Source of the DNA: an uncultured Bdellovibrionales bacterium
GTDB lineage: Bacteria; Bdellovibrionota_C; UBA2361; SZUA-149; DAOLCO01
Direction: 5' to 3'
Assembly: GCA_964612555.1 (NCBI GenBank)
Contig: CAZTBW010000008.1
Coordinates: 71,404 to 135,403 of the forward strand
DNA: 64,000 bases
Shown: positions 52,147-61,725 of the stretch, one piece after another
How positions within the stretch are numbered: position 1 is the stretch's first letter
Layout: the number at the start of each line of letters is the position of its first letter
Position numbers and translations under genes: made by a program
The notes under the pieces: generated by a model
What the model was told of the DNA's origin: nothing
The model's input: the letters and a program-made list of their open reading frames with translations, nothing else
Database searches by the model: none

Positions 52147-52362
52147 AGCAGCTTCTTTTTCTTTATTTGGTGTAATTTCAAATTTAAATCCCAGAGCAGT
52201 GAGCAATTTATGAACGCTTTCAAAAGCAGGCTTTCCATTTCCACTCAAACTGCGATAAAGTCCGGTTCTCGAAAGATTTAATGATGCAGAGAGTTTTGCT
52301 ATACTATTCAGTGAGTATCGAATGGATCCTTTAGAGTCTAATCTTGTTTTAAAAATGCTGGA
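52147..52362 (-). pseudogene. Remnant of a HigA-family addiction-module antidote gene (C-terminal HTH half only, no start codon)
   Basis: The minus-strand frame is open from the TGA at complement(52363-52365) to the TAG at complement(52144-52146). It translates …SIAKLSASLNLSRTGLYRSLSGNGKPAFESVHKLLTALGFKFEITPNKEKEAA*, matching the conserved C-terminus of TIGR02684-type antitoxins. There is no ATG, and all three upstream frames hit stops. Confidence 0.4.
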
Positions 52363-54520
52363 TCACCATACGGTGTTTATCTTTCTGGTGCAGATTGCGG
52401 TGCTACTTGCAGTCGCTCGTCTGCTTGGAGAGTTAGTGCAGAAGCTTGGGCAGTCGGCTGTGATTGGGGAACTTGCTGCGGGGGTTCTTCTTGGTCCGTC
52501 TTTTCTTGGAATTCTTTTTCCCGAATTTCATGGAAAACTCTTTCCCAAAGAACAATTACAGGTAGATTTACTTGCCGCAGTTTCGTGGATTGGGGTTATT
52601 TTTCTTTTGATTGTTATTGGTCTGGAAACAGATCTGGAACTGATCAAGAGGAAAGGGAAGAAGGCTTTATCTGTTTCCTTTGGTGGAATCCTGATTACGT
52701 TTATGACAGGGTTTACGCTTGGATGGTTATTGCCAGAGGCGTATCTGGTAAATAAAGATCAGCGTCTGGTTTTTTCTCTTTTCATGGCTGTGGCAATGAG
52801 TATTTCGGCAGTCCCCGTTATTGCTAAAGTTTTATTGGATATGAAACTGATTCGAAGGGATATTGGTCAGGTGATACTTGCTGCCGGTATGACCGATGAT
52901 ACTATCGGGTGGATATTGCTGTCTGTTGTTGCCGGGATGGCAGCAAAGGGAACGGTGAGCGGAATAGACGTGCTTATGTCTGTTTTTGTTGCCGTTGGTT
53001 TTATTGTCTTTGGTCTTACAATAGGGACAAGGGTTGTTTCCCGGATAATAGCTTTTGTTGATTCTTTTTTTGGCGGAGTGACGAACCAGTTTTCTACTCT
53101 CTTGGTACTTGCCTTTTCCGCAGCTGCTTTTACTCACCTGATGGGAATCGAGGCGGTGCTGGGTGCATTTATTGTTGGGGTTCTGGTTGGGCAATCCCCG
53201 AGATTTAAAAAAGAAGTGGGGCACTCTCTGGAAATTACCACGTCCGGATTTGTTGCCCCGATATTTTTTGCTGCGGCGGGTTTACGAGTTGATCTTGTTC
53301 GACTGGCTGAACCGGAAATATTTTTGGTAGGGGTGCTTGTACTTGCAATCGCATGCGGGGGGAAATTTCTCGGGGCATTTATCGGGGCATGGGCTGCGGG
53401 GTTTTCTTTTTGGGAACGCCTGGCACTTGGTTCAGGGATGAACGCTCGCGGAGCGATGGAGATTATTGTTGCGACAGTTGGTCTGGGTCTTGGGGTCTTG
53501 ACCTTGGAAATGTACTCTATAATTGTCATGGTAGCCATTATTACCTCTCTTATGGCTCCTCCTCTTTTACGATGGACTCTTTCAAATGTCAGTATTGGAG
53601 AAGAGGAGGCAGAGCGCCTGAAAATGGAGCAGCTTTCAGAAACAAGCTTTTTGTATTCGGTAAAGAGAGTTATGTTGGTAGGTTCTCCTTATATTACAAC
53701 TCTTTTTGCCTCGAAAATAATTGGAAAACTGAGCGAACAGCGTTCGGTAGAAATTTCCCTGCTTATGCCACAAACTGAAGAGCCAAGCACGACATATTGG
53801 AGCTCTTCCCAGGAAAGTGAAACTGTCGTTGTTAAACTCCGGGCGCAATTGGGAGATAAGAAAAAAATTGAAGTAAAGAACAAGTCAGGAGAGTCTATTT
53901 CTGAAGTTGTTCTTAATGAGGCAGAGCAGGATAGTGATCAATTGGTGGTTATGGGAGCAAAACCTCATATGTTCAGAGATGAGGGAAGGTTGTTTGGTGA
54001 AGTTATTGATCCGGTACTGCTTACTACGAAATCTCCTTGTGTGATTGTTGATGAAGCACGGGGGGGAGCCTTGGTCTGGCAGCTTCTTGAAAGTAATTTG
54101 TTAAACAGGATACTGGTTCCTACAACCGGTACCGTGTACAGTACCAGGGCTTTGGAACTGGCATCGGGAATTGCGATGTCCTATAATGCAACGATAGACC
54201 TTCTTCATGTAGTAAATCGGCAGGAAGTTGATCGTTACCTCCTGAGTCGTCAGGCAGGAGATCCTGCGGTGCGTATTGCAACTGATATGGTACATCTTCA
54301 GGCAGAGCTGGCTCGAACTCTGGGGGCGAAGATCGAACCCCATTTATCTCAGGCACCAAGTCCTGAAGAAGAGATCTTGCGTTTTGCTGCACAGCATAAG
54401 TCTGAACTTATTATCATGGGAAGTAACTTGAGAGCCGCCTCTGAAAGAGCTTTTCTTGGGCATCGGATGGAATATCTTTTAAAGCAATCTTCCTGTCCTG
54501 TTCTATTGGTTGTTTCCTGA
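52322..54520 (+). CDS. CPA2 (Kef/NapA-type) monovalent cation:proton antiporter fused to tandem universal-stress-protein (Usp) domains
   Basis: 732 aa; ~12 TM helices (…GELAAGVLLGPS… antiporter signature), then two Usp-like modules (…VLVGSPYITT… and …ILVPTTGTVYSTRALELA…ELIIMGS…). Confidence 0.8.
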   Translation: MDPLESNLVLKMLDHHTVFIFLVQIAVLLAVARLLGELVQKLGQSAVIGELAAGVLLGPSFLGILFPEFHGKLFPKEQLQVDLLAAVSWIGVIFLLIVIGLETDLELIKRKGKKALSVSFGGILITFMTGFTLGWLLPEAYLVNKDQRLVFSLFMAVAMSISAVPVIAKVLLDMKLIRRDIGQVILAAGMTDDTIGWILLSVVAGMAAKGTVSGIDVLMSVFVAVGFIVFGLTIGTRVVSRIIAFVDSFFGGVTNQFSTLLVLAFSAAAFTHLMGIEAVLGAFIVGVLVGQSPRFKKEVGHSLEITTSGFVAPIFFAAAGLRVDLVRLAEPEIFLVGVLVLAIACGGKFLGAFIGAWAAGFSFWERLALGSGMNARGAMEIIVATVGLGLGVLTLEMYSIIVMVAIITSLMAPPLLRWTLSNVSIGEEEAERLKMEQLSETSFLYSVKRVMLVGSPYITTLFASKIIGKLSEQRSVEISLLMPQTEEPSTTYWSSSQESETVVVKLRAQLGDKKKIEVKNKSGESISEVVLNEAEQDSDQLVVMGAKPHMFRDEGRLFGEVIDPVLLTTKSPCVIVDEARGGALVWQLLESNLLNRILVPTTGTVYSTRALELASGIAMSYNATIDLLHVVNRQEVDRYLLSRQAGDPAVRIATDMVHLQAELARTLGAKIEPHLSQAPSPEEEILRFAAQHKSELIIMGSNLRAASERAFLGHRMEYLLKQSSCPVLLVVS

Positions 54521-54539
54521 TTCGTCTATCAGGATAAAA

Positions 54540-55823
54540 TTAAATAAGGCGTAATCCTTCCCGTAGTGTTGAAAAAACTTTTGTAAGCTCTTCATCGGTT
54601 ATGCAGACAGGAGGAACGGTGTAAATGACGTTACCGAGTGGTCTCAAAAGTACTCCGTTTTTAAGAAAGAAGGGATACAAAGTGTCTTTTATTGAACTTT
54701 TATAGCCAGAATCTTTTGTTTCCACATCAAGTGCAAATACCAGTCCCTTGTGACGTACGTTTTTTACCTGTGCCCAGTTCTCTGCCTCTTCAGCTGTTTT
54801 TTTGTAAAAATCGGATATTCTTTTAAGGTTTTGTTTGAAATCTTCTTTTTCTATCAGATCAAGGCTTGCAAGGGCAGCAGTGCAGGCAAGAGGATTCCCG
54901 GTAAAGGAGTGACCGTGAAGGAGCATATATTCCTTTCGGTCTGATTGAAATCTTTCCCAGATTTCTTCACTTGCTACTGTCAAACCAAGAGGCAAGGTAC
55001 CCCCGGTAAGGGCTTTTGAAAGACAGACGATGTCAGGTTTAGTGTGAGTTTGCTCACTGGCAAATAAAGTACCGCTTCTTCCAAAGCCGGTAAACACTTC
55101 ATCAGCTATGCAGAGCACCTCATGCGATTTACAGATACGGAGCATCTCTTCGAGTTGTTCTGCTGTGTAAAACTTCATCCCGGATGCCCCCTGAATCAAA
55201 GGCTCGTAAGTAAATGCGAGTACATCACCTTTTTGACATTCATTTTTCAGGGTCTTAATGCTTAGACTGAAATCGGCTGATGGATGTGGTAGTTTGTCTG
55301 CCGGGAGCAGGTGTTCAAGAAAAGGGGTTGTGAAAAATCCACGTTCTGAAACTCCCATCGCTCCAAAAGTATCTCCGTGGTAGGAATCTGAAAGGTAAAG
55401 GAAGCGGGATTTTTTTGTGGTGCTACTTTGCCGTGCATACTGAATAGCTATTTTCAGTGCTACTTCAATTGAGGTGGAACCATTGTCACTAAAGAAGAAA
55501 TGGGGTTTTTCTATAGGGAGTAATGCTGCAAGGCGAGTACATAGGGTTTGTGCAGGTTCGTGAGTACAGCCCGCAAATATCACCTGATGCAGCTCATCCA
55601 GCTGCGCCTTTATTGCGGCACTTATATGTGGATGAGCATGTCCATGAAGATTTACCCACCAGGATGAGACTGCATCAATATAAGTGTTTCCATAAATATC
55701 GTATATAAGACTTCCTGATGCTCTTTTTACGGGTATGGGAGCAAGGTCGGTTTTTGCTTGAGTGAAGGGGTGCCAAATATATGAGTGGTTAACATTCATT
55801 CGGGTATAGTCCAAGTTCTGCAA
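54540..55823 (-). CDS. bioA: Adenosylmethionine-8-amino-7-oxononanoate aminotransferase
   Basis: 427 aa class-III aminotransferase; N-terminus …IWHPFTQ…SSWWVNLHGH… is characteristic of BioA. Confidence 0.9.
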   Translation of the reverse strand: MQNLDYTRMNVNHSYIWHPFTQAKTDLAPIPVKRASGSLIYDIYGNTYIDAVSSWWVNLHGHAHPHISAAIKAQLDELHQVIFAGCTHEPAQTLCTRLAALLPIEKPHFFFSDNGSTSIEVALKIAIQYARQSSTTKKSRFLYLSDSYHGDTFGAMGVSERGFFTTPFLEHLLPADKLPHPSADFSLSIKTLKNECQKGDVLAFTYEPLIQGASGMKFYTAEQLEEMLRICKSHEVLCIADEVFTGFGRSGTLFASEQTHTKPDIVCLSKALTGGTLPLGLTVASEEIWERFQSDRKEYMLLHGHSFTGNPLACTAALASLDLIEKEDFKQNLKRISDFYKKTAEEAENWAQVKNVRHKGLVFALDVETKDSGYKSSIKDTLYPFFLKNGVLLRPLGNVIYTVPPVCITDEELTKVFSTLREGLRLI

Positions 55824-56430
55824 GTTTTGGGGTTAGTGCTGTGGCTTGTTTTTTAACAAAGTCAGTATCTATTCTGGAAGCAAGAGGAATTCTTCCAAGA
55901 TGGGGGATTTTTGAGTTTTTAATAATTATTGATTCAGATTGAATGTTTTCTTCTCCATTAAAGAGGACACCAATGATTGGTATATCTCTTGTTTTAAGAG
56001 CTTCAATACTAAGCAGGGTATGATTGATACTTCCAAGATAATTTTTTGAAACAAGAAGGACTGGTACGTCCAGTTTTTCAATTAAATCTATTACCAAATC
56101 TTTTTCATTAAGAGGAACCAGGAGTCCTCCCGCACCTTCTATTATTAAGCTATTGGGTGTTTCAGGTTTTTTTATTTTGTCTAATGATATCTTTATCCCG
56201 TCAATTTCTGCTGCTGCATGGGGTGAGAGTGCTGCACTAAGCTGGTATGTTTCAGGGTGTGTTCTGATTGAAGGAGATAAGGAAGATAGATAGTCTGAAT
56301 CAGTGTAATCGAGACTTCCAGATTGAATGGGTTTCCAGTAATCCCGGCTGAGAGCAGTAGAAAGAATGGCGGAGGCGAGCGTTTTACCTACATCCGTTCC
56401 TATTCCCCCTACAAAAATTGATCGACTCAT
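55789..56430 (-). CDS. bioD: Dethiobiotin synthase
   Basis: 213 aa; P-loop GTDVGKT; overlaps bioA by 35 bp. Confidence 0.85.
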   Translation of the reverse strand: MSRSIFVGGIGTDVGKTLASAILSTALSRDYWKPIQSGSLDYTDSDYLSSLSPSIRTHPETYQLSAALSPHAAAEIDGIKISLDKIKKPETPNSLIIEGAGGLLVPLNEKDLVIDLIEKLDVPVLLVSKNYLGSINHTLLSIEALKTRDIPIIGVLFNGEENIQSESIIIKNSKIPHLGRIPLASRIDTDFVKKQATALTPKLAELGLYPNEC

Positions 56431-56455
56431 AAGGTGGTAAGAGACAAAATATATT

Positions 56456-57070
56456 CTAGTGTATTAATACTTCCCCACGAGGGGCATTTTCAAGATGTTT
56501 GAAGAAATAGTGCAATTCAATTTGTAGAGAGGAGAAGTTTTTCTTAAGTTCATTTTTTAATTCAGCTTCTTTTTTTGTGAATTCTGCTTTTGTCCAATTG
56601 GGAATAGATTTGCCTTCTGATTTTCTTTTACCTTGCAGAACTTCAAAATTAAATCGTGACTTAAAGTACATACTGAGGAGTTCGTTTCTTTCGTTAAAAA
56701 GATTTTCGAGTTTGGCGAGGTTTGGTGATCTTATGTTCAGGGTGTCGGTAAGAAAAAGATATCTGCTGAGTACTTCCTGATGATGATCTTTAATGGCTGA
56801 AATGAGTTGTGAGTTATCGGGGATTTCAAAGTAAGGTGCTATTTTTAGGGACGCAATTGCCTGCCCGATATTGTTTTCCTGCATGAAGGAGTCAAACTCC
56901 TCGATACACTTCACAGAGGTGGAAAATTTGGAAAGGGCTTTATTTTTCCGAAAGATAGTTTGAAGAGGTACGCTCAGAAGATAGACAAAGCCACCTATCA
57001 GGAAAATTGATATAACAAAAAGACTTACAACAATGAGTACCGTTCCAGGTGCCAGAAAAGTATCCTCCAA
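56456..57070 (-). CDS. Hypothetical membrane-anchored protein (one N-terminal TM helix)
   Basis: 204 aa; no recognisable domain; sits between the PPTase and bioD on the same strand. Confidence 0.45.
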   Translation of the reverse strand: MEDTFLAPGTVLIVVSLFVISIFLIGGFVYLLSVPLQTIFRKNKALSKFSTSVKCIEEFDSFMQENNIGQAIASLKIAPYFEIPDNSQLISAIKDHHQEVLSRYLFLTDTLNIRSPNLAKLENLFNERNELLSMYFKSRFNFEVLQGKRKSEGKSIPNWTKAEFTKKEAELKNELKKNFSSLQIELHYFFKHLENAPRGEVLIH

Positions 57071-57127
57071 ATCAAGATAGTACGAACATATGAGCCCAAT
57101 ATATCAAATGAACCCAGTATATCAAAA

Positions 57128-57796
57128 TTATAGTTCAAACGATACCCCACTTACCACAAATTCATTTTGAATTGTGGAGTTTACGTTAAAACGATATCCC
57201 TTATGAAAATGAGGGATGGCTTTAAGAAGGGTACCCTTAAGTTTGGAATCTTCAGCAGGATGAAATGACACATCATGGAAAGTGAGTTTTGTATTGCTTG
57301 CACTGTAAAAGGCTTTGTAACATGCCTCCTTTGCCGAGAATATTTTTAATGCAAAAATAAATTTTTCATCCTCTACGGTCTCATCTGAATAAATCCACTG
57401 AAACTCTTCTTTGTTTAATATTCGGTTGAATATTTTAAGAGGGCGTTTATTTGTAATAGACTCTATATCAAGTCCAATTCCTTTAAAGTTATCTTGTGAA
57501 CTTACTGCGGCAAGTGCATATTTACCTGAGTGAGAGATGCTTCCGACAATGCCTTCAGGCCAAAGGACTTCTCCTTCAGATCCTTTCAGTAGTGGCGTCT
57601 GCTGCAGGTATCCAAATTTTTTCAGTGCATGCCGAGCAGTAATTCTTCCAAGGGCGAGTTCTTTTCTTCGCTTCTCAGAGGTACTTTGTGAAATCAGTTC
57701 AATTTCTTCTTTGTATGGAGTTTCGTGAGAGAGAATATCCAGGCTATTCCATGAAAAGACCACAGACTCAGGAAATGGGGATATAAAGTTTTTCAA
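57128..57796 (-). CDS. 4'-phosphopantetheinyl transferase (Sfp/EntD family)
   Basis: 222 aa; motifs …GSISHSGKYALAAV… and …GIGLDIESI… (PPTase motifs 2 and 3). Confidence 0.75.
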   Translation of the reverse strand: MKNFISPFPESVVFSWNSLDILSHETPYKEEIELISQSTSEKRRKELALGRITARHALKKFGYLQQTPLLKGSEGEVLWPEGIVGSISHSGKYALAAVSSQDNFKGIGLDIESITNKRPLKIFNRILNKEEFQWIYSDETVEDEKFIFALKIFSAKEACYKAFYSASNTKLTFHDVSFHPAEDSKLKGTLLKAIPHFHKGYRFNVNSTIQNEFVVSGVSFEL

Positions 57797-57874
57797 AATA
57801 AGTATTTGTATTGTTGAATTTTACACTTTAATTTATCTTCTTATATCTTATTTTTTTATCTATTCAACCTACCG

Positions 57875-59473
57875 GTGAGAAGAAGATCTATGGCAAGACA
57901 AATTTTTATATGGTTCATGCGGTTTGGACTTGTAACATCCTTGTTATATTCAGCTACCCTGCTCTCTGATTATTTTGAAGCCGATTTTGATACCCTTACT
58001 CTGCTTGAGTTATTCAATGAAGAAACCCGGCACTTTGCCTATTTTGGAATAAAAGGCGATGATAGTGCAGTGGTAGATGATGCGTTTTCCGAGTTATCCA
58101 GAGACATTAGTGATCTAAAGATTGGAAGCGTGTCCTGTTGTGTACTTTTACCTGCAACTTCAAATACGTATGGACAATTTGAGATTTTAATTAAACCTCC
58201 TGGTGCATTTTCCCTTGATGTTCTTTACAATGATATTCAGTTTATTTTCTTAATGGCTCAGGCAAAATATCCTTCTCTGGAAATTCATTGGAGTGGTTTA
58301 ATTTCTTTTTCTCATGATTTTTTTCATCATACGTGGAAGCACACGAAAAAAATTATTCTTTTAAGTACCGGTGTTGTGCTTTTGTTCGGTTTCTTTTTTA
58401 CAAGAGCTTTTGGAAGGTCTATTGATTTTCTTCTTATATATGGTGCTTCTTTGATTTCAGGGATGTTGGCGTCCGTTCTGTTTTTTAATAGTGTTTCTAT
58501 TATCTCATTAGCTTTTGCTTCCATATTTGGAGCCGTATTTGTTATTTCAATGCTTCAGTGTTTGCGGATATACCGAAAGAAATCTGATAATTTTCCTCTT
58601 GTCTTTATTGTGTTTTACTCCCTTTCGACACTTCTTTTATTTGTTTTACATCCTTCATTGTTAGTACTTAAGTCTGTCATATTTGTCTTTGTTCTGAGTA
58701 GTACTTCTTTTACTCTACTACTGATTTTTGAAAAAGGAAGTAGAGTGCCTGGGATTGAGAGAGAGGGGAAATCTTTAGTGCCACTAAAGGGAAGTGTTCT
58801 TATTTTTTATGTATTGATTGGAGTTAGTTTATACTATGCGGTAACAAAAAATACTGTTGGTGGCACTTTAGCTTCATTACATCGTCCTGAGAAACGGATC
58901 ATTGATTCTGAAAACTGGCTTCGAGGGCATATAGCAGAAGATACACTGGCAGAACCTACATTTTTTACTACCTTACCATATGATTCTATCACCCGAGTAA
59001 ATAAGAACGGTGTATCAAATGATATATACAATGCTGGTATATATCATATTATTCGTGATTATTTTCTTTCTGGTTTATCTCTGGGGATTATTCAGATTCT
59101 TGTTATTTCCTTATCAGCCGTTATTACTTTTGGTTTTTCAATTGCCTCACATGTGATTGGTGTTTTGTTTGGTTCAGGTTTAATTGTAATCGGTTTATGC
59201 AGCTTGTTTGGAATCCCTTCCGGGTTTTTCACTCCTTTAGTTCTGTCTTTATGGATGACTTGTTTTTATCCTTGCATGACAGCACTGTATGTAAAAAAAC
59301 ATATTTCTATATACGATACCGTCTGTATACTTCCGTTTTTGGTAATGGCAGTTCCTCTGCTAATGTCACCGGTGCCCGTTTTTATTAATGCGGGGGTGGT
59401 TTTTTGTTTGCTTGGTGTTTTGGGATATTTTGTATTCCTGCTTATTTCTTCATCTCGGGTCACTTTATCCTAG
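57875..59473 (+). CDS. Polytopic membrane protein with N-terminal extracytoplasmic domain (possible exporter/MMPL-like); unassigned
   Basis: 532 aa; one N-terminal TM helix, a ~130-aa soluble segment, then ~10 TM helices. Confidence 0.45.
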   Translation: MRRRSMARQIFIWFMRFGLVTSLLYSATLLSDYFEADFDTLTLLELFNEETRHFAYFGIKGDDSAVVDDAFSELSRDISDLKIGSVSCCVLLPATSNTYGQFEILIKPPGAFSLDVLYNDIQFIFLMAQAKYPSLEIHWSGLISFSHDFFHHTWKHTKKIILLSTGVVLLFGFFFTRAFGRSIDFLLIYGASLISGMLASVLFFNSVSIISLAFASIFGAVFVISMLQCLRIYRKKSDNFPLVFIVFYSLSTLLLFVLHPSLLVLKSVIFVFVLSSTSFTLLLIFEKGSRVPGIEREGKSLVPLKGSVLIFYVLIGVSLYYAVTKNTVGGTLASLHRPEKRIIDSENWLRGHIAEDTLAEPTFFTTLPYDSITRVNKNGVSNDIYNAGIYHIIRDYFLSGLSLGIIQILVISLSAVITFGFSIASHVIGVLFGSGLIVIGLCSLFGIPSGFFTPLVLSLWMTCFYPCMTALYVKKHISIYDTVCILPFLVMAVPLLMSPVPVFINAGVVFCLLGVLGYFVFLLISSSRVTLS

Positions 59474-59484
59474 CGCAGTTTATC

Positions 59485-60360
59485 CTAGCGCAGTGCATTA
59501 ATTCTTTCGTCCAGAGGTGGATGGGTGGAAAAATAGGCTTTCCAGCCGGCGTCTCTTTTTGAAGATATTTTAAATGCCTGTATAGCCTCGGGTTGTGCGG
59601 CAGTTTGGTCTAGCCCTTGCATTGATTTTAGTTTTTCAAGGGCGGCTCTCATTTTGTTAGCGCCGACGAGCTTTGCAGAACCTGAATCAGCTTTAAATTC
59701 CCTTTGGCGTGAAAACCATGCAACGAGGGGCATAGAGAGAAATCCAAAGAGGATTTGAAAGAAGATGGTCGCAAAAAGTCGAACCATGTGTCGCATATCT
59801 TCTTTTACCGCTTGTCCTATTGCAAATGCAGCAATTCGGGAAAGGAACATTACAAATGCGTTTACAACTCCCTGAACAAGAGTCATGGTAACCATATCTC
59901 CATTCTGTATGTGGGCAACTTCATGTGCGAGAACACCTTCGATTTCGTCCTTGTCCATTCTCTGGAGCATGCCGGATGAAACTGCAACCAGAGCACGTGA
60001 TTTGGTAGGACCTGTTGCAAATGCATTAACCTCAGGACTGTCATAGATACCAACCTCAGGCATCTTTGGAAGGTGGGCACCTCTTGCTATTTGATGAGTG
60101 GTTTCAAGAAGCCAGGAGTGTTGTCCCGGGTTTTTAGGGTCAATTACCTGCACTCGCATAAGCATTTTTGCCATTATTCTGGAAAGTGCAAGAGATATAA
60201 ATGAACCAACCATACCCCATATAAGACAGATAACCATGAGGGATTGATAGTTTATTCCTGTTTCATCGACGTATCCACCAACTCCAAGGATAGAAAAAAT
60301 GATGGTAACGGCAGTGATGATTAAAATGTTAGTAACAATAAACAGAAAAATTCTTTTCAT
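59485..60360 (-). CDS. htpX: M48 zinc metalloprotease HtpX
   Basis: 291 aa; two N-terminal TM helices, HExxH zinc motif HEVAHIQNGD, further TM helices; HtpX size and topology. Confidence 0.85.
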   Translation of the reverse strand: MKRIFLFIVTNILIITAVTIIFSILGVGGYVDETGINYQSLMVICLIWGMVGSFISLALSRIMAKMLMRVQVIDPKNPGQHSWLLETTHQIARGAHLPKMPEVGIYDSPEVNAFATGPTKSRALVAVSSGMLQRMDKDEIEGVLAHEVAHIQNGDMVTMTLVQGVVNAFVMFLSRIAAFAIGQAVKEDMRHMVRLFATIFFQILFGFLSMPLVAWFSRQREFKADSGSAKLVGANKMRAALEKLKSMQGLDQTAAQPEAIQAFKISSKRDAGWKAYFSTHPPLDERINALR

Positions 60361-60474
60361 GATTAATTAAAGTCCTTACGTTGAGTGTCTGAATAAAAAA
60401 CCAAGAGGCATTATAGCAGTATATTCTATAGTTTTAAATAATAATCGGCTATTAAACCTTTGAATTTGCGTTTT

Positions 60475-61725
60475 TTATGATGTTTTATGTAAGCTTTTCT
60501 GTTTTTTTGTTTGAATTTTCCAAAAAACCAATCCAAGCAGTAAGGGATACCAGAAGAGCCAATGCTGAGTATTTGAAAAAACATAAACAAAAGGAAGGCA
60601 TGCAAGTTGTATGCATATAAGAAAAATGCATGTTCGTGCAGTTTTTATGGGCTTTACCTGCCCTATGAGAAGAAGAGGAATAATTAGAAGACATGCCGAG
60701 TCGGAAAGCCACCCATATGGATTGAGAAATAATGAAGAAACTGCGAGACAGGGAAAATATGTGTCCACGTCCTCAGATATACATTTCTTAATTTTTAGAA
60801 TGAATAATCCAAGAATCGATATGAGAGGCACCACGTACATGAGCCAGGGAGCATTATCCCCAGATACAAGATAAATAATATTTCTAAGAAATCCTGTAAA
60901 AGATACAACGATCCAGTCTTTAACGGCAATGTGCTCTGGGTGGGATCCGAAAAGAGAAGACGTCCATTGTTTTATTGTATTCAAATCGTTTATAAGAAAA
61001 AATAAAATAAAAAACAGTGGAATGGCAATTGTTTTCAGAACGTAGATCATGTCACCATTTCTGAGAAGTTTCAGAAATCTGAAAAGTACAAGTAAGTACA
61101 GTACATGCGGTTTAGCGCTTAAAACAAGCAAGGCAAAACCTTCAAGATAGGGAAGATTTTTTTTTATGCCGATAAAATAAAGAGTGCTGCCAAGTAATAT
61201 CAAACAGCCAATTTGTCCAAAGACAAGGGAAGTGTGGATGGGAATGAAAACCATACTACTAAACAAGGCAAGGATAAGTTTGTTTATAGAAAAATTCATT
61301 GCGATAGAGAATAAAATAATAGCGAAAAATGGAAAGATAATACCTGAGAGGAACCAATAATATGCAGATACTTCAAAAGTGTTTGTCATGAGCGGAGAGA
61401 TCAAGGGCAGGAGCCAGGGAGGATTCCACATCATGGTGGGTTCTTTATGTGTATATCCAAGATTTTTCTGCAGGTTCAGGACTTCCTGCGGATGGTATGG
61501 GTTTTGACCATCAAGCCAGAGTTCATTTGCAGACCAGTATTGGATAAAATCTATTGTACCGTAGGATTCAACCCGAAATTCTGGTTGATAGCTAAAAATG
61601 TTCCGAATAAGGTGAACTGACGTTAGGAATGCAATCAGAATAGCGATTCCTGTTATTGATAATGTGAGATACGTTTTCAAATGCACATTACTGTCCCTAC
61701 TCCTGAGAATATCCCCTCTCTCCAT
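60475..61725 (-). CDS. Polytopic membrane protein, GT-C-fold glycosyltransferase-like (DUF2029/mannosyltransferase-like); tentative
   Basis: 416 aa, ~12 TM helices with an early extracytoplasmic loop (…DGQNPYH…); overlaps the icd stop by 29 bp. Confidence 0.35.
   Translation of the reverse strand: MERGDILRSRDSNVHLKTYLTLSITGIAILIAFLTSVHLIRNIFSYQPEFRVESYGTIDFIQYWSANELWLDGQNPYHPQEVLNLQKNLGYTHKEPTMMWNPPWLLPLISPLMTNTFEVSAYYWFLSGIIFPFFAIILFSIAMNFSINKLILALFSSMVFIPIHTSLVFGQIGCLILLGSTLYFIGIKKNLPYLEGFALLVLSAKPHVLYLLVLFRFLKLLRNGDMIYVLKTIAIPLFFILFFLINDLNTIKQWTSSLFGSHPEHIAVKDWIVVSFTGFLRNIIYLVSGDNAPWLMYVVPLISILGLFILKIKKCISEDVDTYFPCLAVSSLFLNPYGWLSDSACLLIIPLLLIGQVKPIKTARTCIFLICIQLACLPFVYVFSNTQHWLFWYPLLLGLVFWKIQTKKQKSLHKTS

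Noticed and set aside
52832-53883. Antisense and alternative-frame ORFs (130-141 aa) within the kef-usp gene.
   Set aside because: They fall in a GC-richer membrane-protein coding stretch. Their His/Cys/Pro-rich nonsense sequences are typical shadow frames.
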